DNA of 18,532 bases from Bdellovibrionota bacterium (GTDB taxonomy: Bacteria > Bdellovibrionota > UBA1018 > UBA923), in assembly GCA_040754655.1 (NCBI GenBank), contig JBFMCE010000079.1:1-18532 (forward strand). Reading direction: 5' to 3'. The notes under the pieces are model-generated. The model had not been told where the DNA came from. It made no database searches and saw nothing but the letters and a program-made list of their open reading frames with translations. A program made the position numbers and the translations under genes. Below, in pieces: positions 1 to 8,826 of this stretch. Every line of letters begins with the position of its first letter. Within the stretch, counting starts at the first letter, position 1.

Positions 1-25
1 AAAAGGATTTTCCTATGGGTTTTTC

Positions 26-479
26 TGTGGAAAACATTGTGGATAATAAGCTGAAAACTGTGGAAAACCCCTTATTCGAAGTTATTAACCATTTTATACA
101 CAGGTTTTCAACAGCAATCTGTGGATAATGTTTTTGATCTATCAACAGCTGCGCCCTGTCATGTGTATAACTTCAAAAATTCGTCAAAGAAGCGTCGCAT
201 CAAATGAAAGTTATCCAGAACTGTGGATAATTTTGCACCCATTTTTCTATCCTCTCCAACTTAGGGAGCTGTGGATAATGTGGATATCTCTCTAACCAAC
301 TAAAAGTATTTTATTTTCGATGTGGATAAGTTTGTGGATGGTCCTGTGGATAAGCTGTGGACAACTTTTTTCTTCCACATCTTACTCACAGGCAATTCAC
401 AGGGTTGTCCACAGACATCCTAAAAGTACGGTCGTACTAACCTGAGAGTGTGGATAAGTCAGCGGTCTGTTGTTGAAAA
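26..479. other. oriC: Chromosomal replication origin (oriC), DnaA-box cluster downstream of dnaA; probably extends left of the window
   Basis: Seven perfect TGTGGATAA boxes (38-46, 120-128, 222-230, 270-278, 321-329, 345-353, 449-457). Four more fit TTWTNCACA (26-34, 59-67, 94-102, 162-170), plus about 10 near-matches (e.g. 211-219, 279-287, 356-364, 382-390, 405-413). Non-coding, abuts the dnaA stop, with an AT-rich tract at 301-317. Confidence 0.93.
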
Positions 480-480
480 C

Positions 481-2043
481 TTAGAGAGAATTCTGGATTT
501 CTTCGACATGGCGCCGAATTTCAGGATCTTTTTCAATATCTGAGGCGATAGCCTTAACACCATGCAAAACTGTGGAGTGGTCCTTGCCGCCAAGCAAGAT
601 TCCAATATCGGGATAAGATTTGTCGCAATATTTCCTAATTAAATACATCGCGATTTGACGCGGTAATGAAACCCGCCGGCTCCTTTCCCTGCTTTTAAGA
701 TCTGAAACTTTAATTGCAAAGTGGCGGGCGACAGCATCTTGAATGGCGTCTGGTGTAATTGTATTTGAAGGTTCTTTGATCATGTTCCTTAAAAGCTGTT
801 TGGCAAGATCAAGGCTGATTTCCGATCCTGAGAGTGACGCTTGAGCTCCGAGGCGCAATAGACTTCCCTCTAGTTCACGAATGTTCGATTTGATGTTCGA
901 GGCCAAGAACAATGCAACGTCATTGGGCAAGAAAATGTCATCCATTTCGGCTTTAGCCCTTAAGATCGCGATTCTAGTCTCAATTTCAGGAGGCTGGATA
1001 TCCGCGATCAGTCCCCATTCAAATCGGGTGCGAATGCGTTCTTCCAAGCCCGGAATGTCTTTTGGAAATTTATCGCTCGTGACGACGATCTGGCGTCGCG
1101 ATGAATGAAGTGCATTGAAGGTGTGGAAGAATTCTTCTTGAGTACGATCTTTACCTGCGATGAACTGGATGTCATCCATCAAAAGGATATCGTAGCTATC
1201 TCGATATCTTTCTCGAAACTGCGACATTCGTCCGTTTTGGATGGAGTCGATCAGATCATTCACGAATTTTTCGGCCGAGATATAGCAAATCTTGGCTTTT
1301 GGATTGAGTCTCAAAGCGTAATTCCCAATCGCGTGGAGAAGATGGGTTTTTCCTAAACCCGCATCGCTATAGATGAACAATGGATTGTATTGGGTCGCAA
1401 GTTGTTCGGCCACGGCCCTTGCGGCCGCATGAGCGAATTGATTGCTTGCTCCCACGACAAATGTTTCAAAAGTATGTTTAGGGTCAAGGGGTTGACCAAG
1501 GGTTTTGACGATCGGAACAGACATGTCTCTGACTGAAATCGCTGCTACAGGTTCGAGGACCTGTTGCGGCGCCTCGATCGTGCTTTCGTCAGACGAGCTC
1601 AATTTCATGTTGCGATGAGCCGCGAAATCAAAAAGAGAAGGCTCCTTTTCATTGCCGGTAACTTCTACCTGGAAACCCGTCGAACCATTGCTCTCATGTT
1701 CGGCCAAGTCTCGCGAATGAGAAGGGTCATTTTCAGAAGAGACCGAGTGGGGAAGGGTGAGCATCGCACTCGAATCCGAGGTGTCATCGCTATACCGTTC
1801 TCTCTCGATTTCGACGACCAGATCGAGGCGTAAACCATAGAGCTCGTTTAAGGCCTCTCGAAACACTTCTCGGTAATGGTCGGTAATCCAGACTTGGCTA
1901 AAAGACGTAGGGGCACTCACGAGCAAATGCCTGTCCGTGAGTTCTAAATAGCGTATGGGTTCAATCCAAGCGCGGTATTGTTGTGGAGGAATGCGCTTTG
2001 CTACTTCGGAAAGCAATTCTTCCCATTGAAACGTCTTTGCCAT
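481..2043 (-). CDS. dnaA: Chromosomal replication initiator DnaA (520 aa)
   Basis: Domain III/IV motifs TFETFVVGASN, YNPLFIY..GLGKTHLL, LLMDDIQF, QEEFFHTFN, RFEWGL, NIRELEG, GGKDHSTV. Start placed at ATG 2043 (MAKTFQW), preceded by AAGGGG, rather than the ORF-track start at 2097. Confidence 0.98.
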   Translation of the reverse strand: MAKTFQWEELLSEVAKRIPPQQYRAWIEPIRYLELTDRHLLVSAPTSFSQVWITDHYREVFREALNELYGLRLDLVVEIERERYSDDTSDSSAMLTLPHSVSSENDPSHSRDLAEHESNGSTGFQVEVTGNEKEPSLFDFAAHRNMKLSSSDESTIEAPQQVLEPVAAISVRDMSVPIVKTLGQPLDPKHTFETFVVGASNQFAHAAARAVAEQLATQYNPLFIYSDAGLGKTHLLHAIGNYALRLNPKAKICYISAEKFVNDLIDSIQNGRMSQFRERYRDSYDILLMDDIQFIAGKDRTQEEFFHTFNALHSSRRQIVVTSDKFPKDIPGLEERIRTRFEWGLIADIQPPEIETRIAILRAKAEMDDIFLPNDVALFLASNIKSNIRELEGSLLRLGAQASLSGSEISLDLAKQLLRNMIKEPSNTITPDAIQDAVARHFAIKVSDLKSRERSRRVSLPRQIAMYLIRKYCDKSYPDIGILLGGKDHSTVLHGVKAIASDIEKDPEIRRHVEEIQNSL

Positions 2044-2139
2044 AGGCCCCTTGAATGCAAAGACAGAAGGCATAACAAAACCTATGGTGACCCGCAAGTG
2101 ACTGAACGTCTTGTTCGACGATTGTTGCAGTGACTTGTC

Positions 2140-2167
2140 TTGACAGCGAGGCGTCGTCTGACATAAA
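2140..2167 (+). promoter_or_regulatory. Putative sigma70 promoter for the rpmH operon
   Basis: Perfect TTGACA at 2140-2145, a 16-nt spacer ending in TGn, then CATAAA at 2162-2167. The -10 element is imperfect. Confidence 0.4.
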
Positions 2168-2179
2168 TACGAAACCCCT

Positions 2180-2329
2180 ATGAAAAGAACATATCAACCG
2201 AGTAGAACCAAGCGACGCCGAACGCACGGCTTCCTAGAGCGAATGTCCACAGCGAACGGCCGAAAAGTCCTCAATCGTCGGCGGCGTAAGGGTCGTAAAC
2301 GACTGATTGCTAAAGTCGCAGGCAAGTAA
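2180..2329 (+). CDS. rpmH: 50S ribosomal protein L34 (49 aa; not in the ORF track)
   Basis: Manual translation [49 protein letters not shown] carries the L34 signature. Canonical position, divergent from dnaA and upstream of rnpA. Confidence 0.98.
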   Translation: MKRTYQPSRTKRRRTHGFLERMSTANGRKVLNRRRRKGRKRLIAKVAGK

Positions 2330-2351
2330 CATCGGCTTAGAATTAGAACTC

Positions 2352-2693
2352 ATGTCTCGGAAAGAAGGCTTTCCTAGAATCTGTCGTATGACGGAAAGGC
2401 CGCAGTTCGTGCGGCTTTTTGATGATCCTAAAGTTTATCGCGCTCAAGCGTTTCATGCCTTTTGGAAACCAAATGGGCAAGAGCATCCGCGATTGGGAAT
2501 CACTTTAAAAGGGAAGATCAGCTCGGTCTGGAGAGCAAAGCTTAAACGCGCCATTCGAGAATGGTTTCGAAAGAACAAAGACACTTTGGGAAAAAACGAC
2601 ATCAATATTGTCGTTCGTAGCCCGCAAAAACTCGACATCGAATTTCTTGATCGCCTGAAACGCCAGCTTTCGTCATGGAGCTTGAAGAACTAA
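2352..2693 (+). CDS. rnpA: Ribonuclease P protein component (113 aa)
   Basis: Synteny rpmH-rnpA-yidD-yidC. Contains FPR..R, PRLGITL, a degenerate RNR helix SVWRAKLKRAIREWFR, and DINIV. ATG at 2352. Confidence 0.9.
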   Translation: MSRKEGFPRICRMTERPQFVRLFDDPKVYRAQAFHAFWKPNGQEHPRLGITLKGKISSVWRAKLKRAIREWFRKNKDTLGKNDINIVVRSPQKLDIEFLDRLKRQLSSWSLKN

Positions 2694-2694
2694 A

Positions 2695-2898
2695 GTGAAG
2701 GTGTTGAGGATTTTCTTTTGGTTCTACCAGACCTTAGTTTCCCCCGCCTTCGTAGTAGCTTTTGGCATTCACTGCCGATATGAAGAGAGCTGCAGTTGTT
2801 ATTTTGAAAGATCAATAAGAGAAAAAGGTTTTTTTTACGGTAGTTTGAGAGGTTTTAAGCGGTTGCTTTCTTGCAATCCCTGGAGTCGTCATGGATAA
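2695..2898 (+). CDS. yidD: Membrane protein insertion efficiency factor YidD
   Basis: YQ..VSP, CRY..SCS.Y and RLLSCNPW give the three conserved Cys. GTG start; overlaps the yidC start. Confidence 0.9.
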   Translation: MKVLRIFFWFYQTLVSPAFVVAFGIHCRYEESCSCYFERSIREKGFFYGSLRGFKRLLSCNPWSRHG

Positions 2899-4501
2899 AA
2901 AAGTATTTCTTGCCGTCAGTCTTTGTGCAGCGATTCTTCTGCTTTGGCAGCACTTCTATATGAAGCCATATCAGCAAGGACAGCAGACAGCGCCACAGCA
3001 ACTGCAGGTTCAAAGCCCGCAATTGAATGCAGCGCCTGCTCAAAACAGCGCCTCAGGAGCCGGCAGTAAGGGCGCCACCCCATCTGGCGCTAATGCGGCC
3101 GTGGAAACCATCAAACTGGGAAGTGCTTCTTACCATTTCGTGGTCTCAACGAAATCTGGAGCTGTCGGCCGGGTGGAGTTTTCGGAGTTTCGTGGTCAGA
3201 AAGGTTCTAATATTTGGTCTTTGGTCGGAGGAGGCGAACAGCTCGATATCACTACGCCTTCACCTGAGTGGCTTTATCTAAGCTCGGTGAACTATAAAAT
3301 AGAAGGCATTGAAAAGGCGGCAGATGGATTCCATTCAAAAGCGACGCTAACGTATTCGGATGAAAACGTCTCGATCAAGCGAACATACACGATAAATCCC
3401 TCGTTGTTCTCACTCGACCACCAGATTTCTTTTGAATTCAGGAAACAGCCGCCAGCTTATATCTTCGTAGGGCTCAAGGGCTTGAGGCAGATTCCCAAGG
3501 AGCAACAAGAAAACGAAAGACGGCAGATTTATTTCAACAAGTCAGGTGGCCAAGAAACCTGGACTGTAGAAGACATAGATTCTGTAAAGGATGAGCTCGG
3601 CGAAGGCCGATGGATGGGCTTTTCTTCGCGTTATTTCTTGAATGCACTCATCGATCAGAGCGAGACTTTGAATCCGCAATTTCAGACGAGGCCTCTTGAT
3701 GGCAGCCAGGTTTCAGCGAACCTCATTTACAAAATTACCGCTCCGAAGGTTGATATTCCTTTGCGCATGTATTTTGGCCCCAAAGATCTCGATATTTTGA
3801 ACAAAGCAGGCCCTCATTTGAAGGCCGCGGTTGATTTCGGCTGGTTCACGATCTTTGCATATCCTCTGCTGACGGCCTTGAAATGGTTTTATAAATACGT
3901 CCATAACTATGGGATTGCGATCATCCTGCTCACTCTTCTCGTGAAGATACTCACGTATCCGCTGACGTTGAAGTCGATGAAGAGCATGAAGGAAATGCAG
4001 CGCATTCAACCGCAACTCACGAAACTGCGCGAAAAGCATAAAGACGACAAAGAGCGTTTGAACCGCGAGATGTTGCAGCTCATGAGAGCCAACGGGTACA
4101 ATCCCATGAGCGGATGCCTACCGATCTTCATCCAAATGCCGATCTTCATTGCTCTGTACAATGTCTTGTACGGGGCGATTGATCTTTACGGGCAACCCTT
4201 TTTTGGTTGGATTCATGACCTTTCAGCGAAAGATCCATATTATGTCACGCCTGTCCTTCTTTCGTTGATGATGTTCATCCAACAAAAACTCACGCCGACG
4301 ACTGCGGCTGATCCGGCGCAACAACGCATGATGATGATGATGCCTCTCATCTTTGGATTGATGATGCTCTGGCTGCCTTCGGGGCTCACTCTTTATATGC
4401 TGGTAAACAGTATTGTGAGCATCATTCAGCAGTTTTTCATGAATAAATCGCTGGGAATTGGCGGAGCGCGAACAAGCACCGGCGCTTCTGCTGCCGTGTA
4501 A
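2891..4501 (+). CDS. yidC: Membrane protein insertase YidC (536 aa)
   Basis: N-terminal TM helix and large periplasmic domain, then YFGPK, VDFGWF, NYGIAIILLT, NPMSGCLP..IQMPIF, WIHDLS.KDPYY, PSGLTLY. Confidence 0.98.
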   Translation: MDKKVFLAVSLCAAILLLWQHFYMKPYQQGQQTAPQQLQVQSPQLNAAPAQNSASGAGSKGATPSGANAAVETIKLGSASYHFVVSTKSGAVGRVEFSEFRGQKGSNIWSLVGGGEQLDITTPSPEWLYLSSVNYKIEGIEKAADGFHSKATLTYSDENVSIKRTYTINPSLFSLDHQISFEFRKQPPAYIFVGLKGLRQIPKEQQENERRQIYFNKSGGQETWTVEDIDSVKDELGEGRWMGFSSRYFLNALIDQSETLNPQFQTRPLDGSQVSANLIYKITAPKVDIPLRMYFGPKDLDILNKAGPHLKAAVDFGWFTIFAYPLLTALKWFYKYVHNYGIAIILLTLLVKILTYPLTLKSMKSMKEMQRIQPQLTKLREKHKDDKERLNREMLQLMRANGYNPMSGCLPIFIQMPIFIALYNVLYGAIDLYGQPFFGWIHDLSAKDPYYVTPVLLSLMMFIQQKLTPTTAADPAQQRMMMMMPLIFGLMMLWLPSGLTLYMLVNSIVSIIQQFFMNKSLGIGGARTSTGASAAV

Positions 4502-4507
4502 GAAGAC

Positions 4508-5917
4508 GTGGCTGGCAATTATTTTTCGAACGACACGATCGTCGCAATTGCGACAAGCCTAGCTGGGGACGGCGGGGTTGGCATTATTCGTCTGTCGGGA
4601 AGCCAAGCTTTGTCTATCGCCCAAAAAGCATGCACAGGCTTCGAGGCGCCTCAACCGCGCTATCTGCATCGAATTCAAGTTAAGAACCCGGTTACGCAAG
4701 AGGTTTTGGATGACGGCCTAGCGGTCTTTTTCCCGGAAGGCCAGTCGTTTACCGGAGAAGAGGTTGTCGAGTTGCAATTGCACGGAGGACGATTCCTGCT
4801 GCAAGGCATTCTTCAGTCGCTTCTTTCAATGGGTGGTTGCCGCATGGCTTTGCCCGGGGAGTTTTCGTTTCGGGCGGTTAAGAATGACCGGATGAGCTTG
4901 TCAGGAGCCAGTGCTCTCGGGCAGCTTATCAGCGCGAAAAGCCTCTTTGAGGCGCAGGCGGCGCGAAGGAACTTGGGCGCCACTCGCACGCGGCGGTTTG
5001 ATGAAATTGCCTCGAAAATTAAGAACCTTTTGGCGCAGTCAGAGCTTTCGATCGATTTTGTTGATCAGGATGTTGAAGTCATCTCAAAAGAAGAAATGAA
5101 AGATCAAGTCGATCAGCTGCTCTTGAAGCTAGATGACCTCTTGGTGCAGATGAAAACGGCGCAACGTCTTGCCAAAGGTCTTTTGGTAGCGCTCGTCGGG
5201 CTGCCGAACGCCGGCAAATCAACATTGTTTAATGCGATCTTGGCTGAAGAGCGCGCGATCGTCTCAGCGGAGGCTGGTACGACTCGGGACATCATCACTG
5301 AGGAATTCAGCCTGGGACCATACTTCCTGCGGCTAGCTGATACTGCAGGACTGCGAGAGGCTAGCGGATCGGTGGAAAAAGAGGGTATCACCAGGGCGCA
5401 AGAACTTGCGAGGCAAGCCGATTTGGCTTTGTTGGTAATAGACGGGGGAGTGGCTCTTAAAGAGGTGGCTTCAGCGGCGAGCCTTTGCAAGACCTGGGAG
5501 ACGCCGACGGTCATAGTGCTCAATAAAGCCGAGCTTCTAGATTTCGCCGAAAGAGAAAAGCGTATTCAAGTCTTAAGGCAAGCCGTAGGTGAGAAGGGTG
5601 CAATAACAGTCGTAAGCGCTTTAGAGGCAGATGGCATCCCCGAGCTGTTTGAAACGATCCGGGCAAACCTTGATTCGCGTTTTGGTTTGGGGCTCAATGG
5701 CTTTTTGCCAACGGAGTTTCAACTGCAAATGGTCTTGGAATGCAGGGCGGGGCTAGCTCAAGTGCTCGATCTTTTGAGGGCCTCAGGCCTGTCACATCCC
5801 GAACTCATCTCAGCTTCCTTGAATTCATCAGTCCGAGCTCTTTCGGATCTCGTTGGGGAAACCACCCCTGACACTGTTCTTGCGAAGATATTTAGCGAAT
5901 TTTGCATTGGAAAATGA
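4508..5917 (+). CDS. mnmE: tRNA modification GTPase MnmE (TrmE)
   Basis: DTIVAIAT, IIRLSG, SFTGE.VVE..HGG, PGEFS, G1 GLPNAGKST, GTTRD, DTAGLR, C-terminal FCIGK. GTG start. Confidence 0.97.
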   Translation: MAGNYFSNDTIVAIATSLAGDGGVGIIRLSGSQALSIAQKACTGFEAPQPRYLHRIQVKNPVTQEVLDDGLAVFFPEGQSFTGEEVVELQLHGGRFLLQGILQSLLSMGGCRMALPGEFSFRAVKNDRMSLSGASALGQLISAKSLFEAQAARRNLGATRTRRFDEIASKIKNLLAQSELSIDFVDQDVEVISKEEMKDQVDQLLLKLDDLLVQMKTAQRLAKGLLVALVGLPNAGKSTLFNAILAEERAIVSAEAGTTRDIITEEFSLGPYFLRLADTAGLREASGSVEKEGITRAQELARQADLALLVIDGGVALKEVASAASLCKTWETPTVIVLNKAELLDFAEREKRIQVLRQAVGEKGAITVVSALEADGIPELFETIRANLDSRFGLGLNGFLPTEFQLQMVLECRAGLAQVLDLLRASGLSHPELISASLNSSVRALSDLVGETTPDTVLAKIFSEFCIGK

Positions 5918-5951
5918 CCCCGAATGTCAAAAAACGCGCGTGAGGTCGGCC

Positions 5952-5980
5952 TTGACCCTGCTGAGGTGCGGCGCTAGAGT
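5952..5980 (+). promoter_or_regulatory. Putative sigma70 promoter for the hbd-crt-bcd-icmAB operon
   Basis: TTGACC (5952-5957), 17 nt, TAGAGT (5975-5980) in the 118-bp gap after mnmE. Confidence 0.5.
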
Positions 5981-6035
5981 CCAATGGCCCAAGAACAAGA
6001 AGATCAAACAGCTCTATACTTTTTGAGAGAGAGGC

Positions 6036-6896
6036 ATGTCGATGGATATTTCTGTGGTGGGAGTGATTGGCGCGGGACAAATGGGCGCAGGCATCGCACA
6101 AGTTGCGGCGATGAGTGGTTTGTCGGTTTTGATGCACGACATTTCAAATGAAAGCCTGTCGAGAGGCAAAGGAACGATCGAAAAAAGTTTGGCCAAACTC
6201 GCTGAAAAGGGAAAACTCACCGAGACTCAGGCAAACGAGGCGAAGCGCCGTATCGAAACCTCTCAACACATTGAGGATCTCTCGAGGGCGGATATCGTGA
6301 TCGAGGCGGTCACTGAGAATCCAAATCTGAAATTTGAGATTTTCCGGAAGCTCGATACGATTTGCAGAGACAGGGTTTTCTTGGCTTCAAATACCTCTTC
6401 GATTTCCATCACCCAAATCGCGGCTCAAACGCGAAGACCCGACAGGGTCATCGGTATGCATTTCATGAACCCCGTCCCCTTGATGAAGCTTGTCGAGTTG
6501 ATTCGTGGGCTTCAGACTTCTGATGAGACTTTTCGTCAGGTAAAACTGATGGGTGAGAAAATGGATAAAGTCTGCATTGAATCGAAAGATTATCCAGGGT
6601 TTGTGGTGAATCGCATCTTAATGCCGATGATCAATGAGGCTTGTTACGCTCTTTTTGAAGGTCTCGCTTCAGCGCAAGACATCGATAATGCGATGAAGCT
6701 TGGAACCAACCAACCCATGGGGCCGCTCACCCTCGCAGATTTCATCGGGCTTGATACTTGCTTGTCTATCCTGAACGTTTTGCACGAAGGTCTTGGCGAT
6801 CCCAAGTATCGTCCGTGTCCGCTTTTAAAGCAATACGTAGCAGCGGGGCTGCTTGGAAAAAAAACGGGTCGGGGGTTTTACAAGTATGATGTTTGA
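6036..6896 (+). CDS. hbd: 3-hydroxybutyryl-CoA dehydrogenase
   Basis: [13 protein letters not shown]ossmann motif, [52 protein letters not shown]. The start may be ATG 6042, which has better spacing from GAGG at 6031-6034. Confidence 0.95.
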   Translation: MSMDISVVGVIGAGQMGAGIAQVAAMSGLSVLMHDISNESLSRGKGTIEKSLAKLAEKGKLTETQANEAKRRIETSQHIEDLSRADIVIEAVTENPNLKFEIFRKLDTICRDRVFLASNTSSISITQIAAQTRRPDRVIGMHFMNPVPLMKLVELIRGLQTSDETFRQVKLMGEKMDKVCIESKDYPGFVVNRILMPMINEACYALFEGLASAQDIDNAMKLGTNQPMGPLTLADFIGLDTCLSILNVLHEGLGDPKYRPCPLLKQYVAAGLLGKKTGRGFYKYDV

Positions 6897-7671
6897 AAAT
6901 TTCCTGGTTGAGGAACAAGGCTCCATTGTCATTGCGAAGCTCAACCGCCCCAAGGCGTTGAATGCCTTGAATTCCCAGACGCTTGTAGAGTTCTCTAAAT
7001 TGCTTACTCAGTTGTCTTCCCAGGGAGGCATCACTGCCTTGGTCGTTACGGGAGCGGGGGAAAAAGCATTTATTGCAGGCGCAGATATTTCTGAAATGTC
7101 GACGATGTCAGCTGATCAGGCGCTGGGATTTGCCCGTAAAGGCCAGCAGGTGACGATGCAGTTAGAGAGTTTTCCCGCGCCAGTGATCGCAGCCGTGAAC
7201 GGTTTTGCTCTGGGCGGAGGGTGCGAGATGGCCTTGGCCTGTGACTTCATCATAGCTTCTCGAAACGCGGTCTTCGGGCAACCAGAGGTCGCCTTGGGAT
7301 TGATCACGGGTTTTGGCGGGGCGGTGAGGTTAGCCGAGTATGTGGGTTGGCCCATGGCTCGCGAACTGATTTATTCTGGGCGGCGTATCCCGGCTGAAGA
7401 GGCTTTAAGAGTCGGGTTGGTGAACCGGGTTGTTGAACAGGAAAAACTTCTTGAAGAAGCGCTCGTGATTGCCAAGGAAATTTCCGCGAATTCGCCGGCG
7501 GCCGTTCGAAAAGTGAAATGGGCGATGAACCGAATTCGCAGTGAGTCGCAGGTTGCGTCAAAACTTGAAATTGAGGCGAAGGCCTTCTCGGAAACGTTCA
7601 ACACATTTGATCAACGTGAGGGCACGAAAGCTTTTGCAGAGAAGCGCAAACCTCAGTTTAAAGGGGAATGA
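6886..7671 (+). CDS. crt: Enoyl-CoA hydratase / crotonase
   Basis: [41 protein letters not shown]; both catalytic Glu are present. ATG 6886 or 6889 overlaps the hbd stop. Confidence 0.93.
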   Translation: MMFENFLVEEQGSIVIAKLNRPKALNALNSQTLVEFSKLLTQLSSQGGITALVVTGAGEKAFIAGADISEMSTMSADQALGFARKGQQVTMQLESFPAPVIAAVNGFALGGGCEMALACDFIIASRNAVFGQPEVALGLITGFGGAVRLAEYVGWPMARELIYSGRRIPAEEALRVGLVNRVVEQEKLLEEALVIAKEISANSPAAVRKVKWAMNRIRSESQVASKLEIEAKAFSETFNTFDQREGTKAFAEKRKPQFKGE

Positions 7672-8819
7672 GAGTGGATATTTTTCTGTTGGACGAGCAG
7701 CATCGAATGATTCGCGATACGGCTAGGGAGTTTTCTCGTCGCGAAATCGCTCCTAAAGCCAAAGAGATCGATGAAACCGGTCGCTATCCCAAAGAAATCG
7801 TAGAACAGCTCGCCGGCATGGGGTTCATGGGAATGATGGTGCCTGAGCAGTATGGTGGCGCAGGCCTTGATGCCTTGGCGTATTCGATCGCGATGGAAGA
7901 GATCTCAGCGGGATGCGCTTCGACCGGTGTGATCATGTCAGTGAACAACTCGTTGGTGTGCGCACCGCTCTTGGAATTTGGCACGGAAGAGCAGAAGAAA
8001 AAGTACCTCACCCCGCTAGCCAAAGGCGAGAAGCTTGGTTGTTTTGCGCTCTCAGAACCTGCGAGTGGAAGTGACGCCGCGGGTTTGAAGACTATCGCAA
8101 AGAAAGAAGGCGACACTTACGTCTTGAATGGCACGAAGAACTTCATTACTAACGGGAAAGAAGCCGAAATCTGCGTATTGTTCGCGACTCTTGATGCTTC
8201 GAAAGGGCACAAGGGAGTCACCGCTTTTATCCTAGAAAAAGGCATGCCAGGATTCACCATCGGAAAACTTGAGGACAAGCTTGGGATTACCGCTTCAAGT
8301 ACAGCGCAACTTCATCTGGAGAATGTGAAGGTGCCTGCAGCAAACAGGCTTGGTGAAGAGGGCAAAGGTTTTCGAATTGCCCTTGCGACCTTGGATGGCG
8401 GGCGAATCGGCATTGCTGCTCAAGCCTTGGGAATTGCTTCGGCAGCCTTTGAAGCTAGCAAGAAGTTCGCGAAAGAGCGTGAAGCTTTCGGCAAACCCAT
8501 CGCCAACCTTCAGGGAATTCAGTGGCACATTGCTGACATGGCGACACGTCTTGATGCAGCAAGGCTTTTGACCTGGAGAGCTGCCGCAAAAAAAGACTCT
8601 GGTGAAAGATACACACGAGAGGCTGCGATGGCCAAGCTCTATGCTTCTGAGATGGCAATGTGGCTCACGACCAAGGCGATTCAAGTGCATGGCGGTTACG
8701 GGTATATCAAAGAGTATCCGGTCGAGCGCCATTTTAGAGATGCGAAGATCACCGAAATCTATGAAGGTACATCTGAGATCCAGAGACTTGTTATTGGTAC
8801 CTCCGAGCTTTCAGAGTAG
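7668..8819 (+). CDS. bcd: Short-chain (butyryl-CoA-type) acyl-CoA dehydrogenase
   Basis: [56 protein letters not shown] (C-terminal catalytic Glu). ATGA overlap with crt; GTG at 7674 is an alternative start. Confidence 0.9.
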   Translation: MRVDIFLLDEQHRMIRDTAREFSRREIAPKAKEIDETGRYPKEIVEQLAGMGFMGMMVPEQYGGAGLDALAYSIAMEEISAGCASTGVIMSVNNSLVCAPLLEFGTEEQKKKYLTPLAKGEKLGCFALSEPASGSDAAGLKTIAKKEGDTYVLNGTKNFITNGKEAEICVLFATLDASKGHKGVTAFILEKGMPGFTIGKLEDKLGITASSTAQLHLENVKVPAANRLGEEGKGFRIALATLDGGRIGIAAQALGIASAAFEASKKFAKEREAFGKPIANLQGIQWHIADMATRLDAARLLTWRAAAKKDSGERYTREAAMAKLYASEMAMWLTTKAIQVHGGYGYIKEYPVERHFRDAKITEIYEGTSEIQRLVIGTSELSE

Positions 8820-8826
8820 AGGATTT

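Noticed and set aside
26..479. Repeated TGTGGATAA units as a CRISPR array or iterons
   Set aside because: The repeats are 9-mers matching DnaA boxes with irregular spacing, beside dnaA. There are no 25-40 nt repeats and no cas or rep gene.
1..480. DnaA-trio tract
   Set aside because: No run of TAC/TAT-type trinucleotide repeats was found next to a box. It may lie left of the window.
1961..2227. 88-aa minus-strand ORF over the dnaA-rpmH gap
   Set aside because: It overlaps dnaA out of frame and rpmH antisense, with no recognisable motif.
4328..4342. (ATG)5 microsatellite as a phase-variation tract
   Set aside because: It encodes the Met-rich QQxMMxxMP segment normal for YidC and is an in-frame triplet.
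5984..6151. Small ORF MAQEQEDQ... upstream of and overlapping hbd
   Set aside because: It is out of frame with hbd, mostly overlapping it, has no RBS, and starts at or before the predicted transcription start.
8602..8826. 75-aa N-terminal extension of the mutase in the ORF track
   Set aside because: It overlaps bcd in another frame and has no mutase similarity. ATG 8827 has a good RBS.
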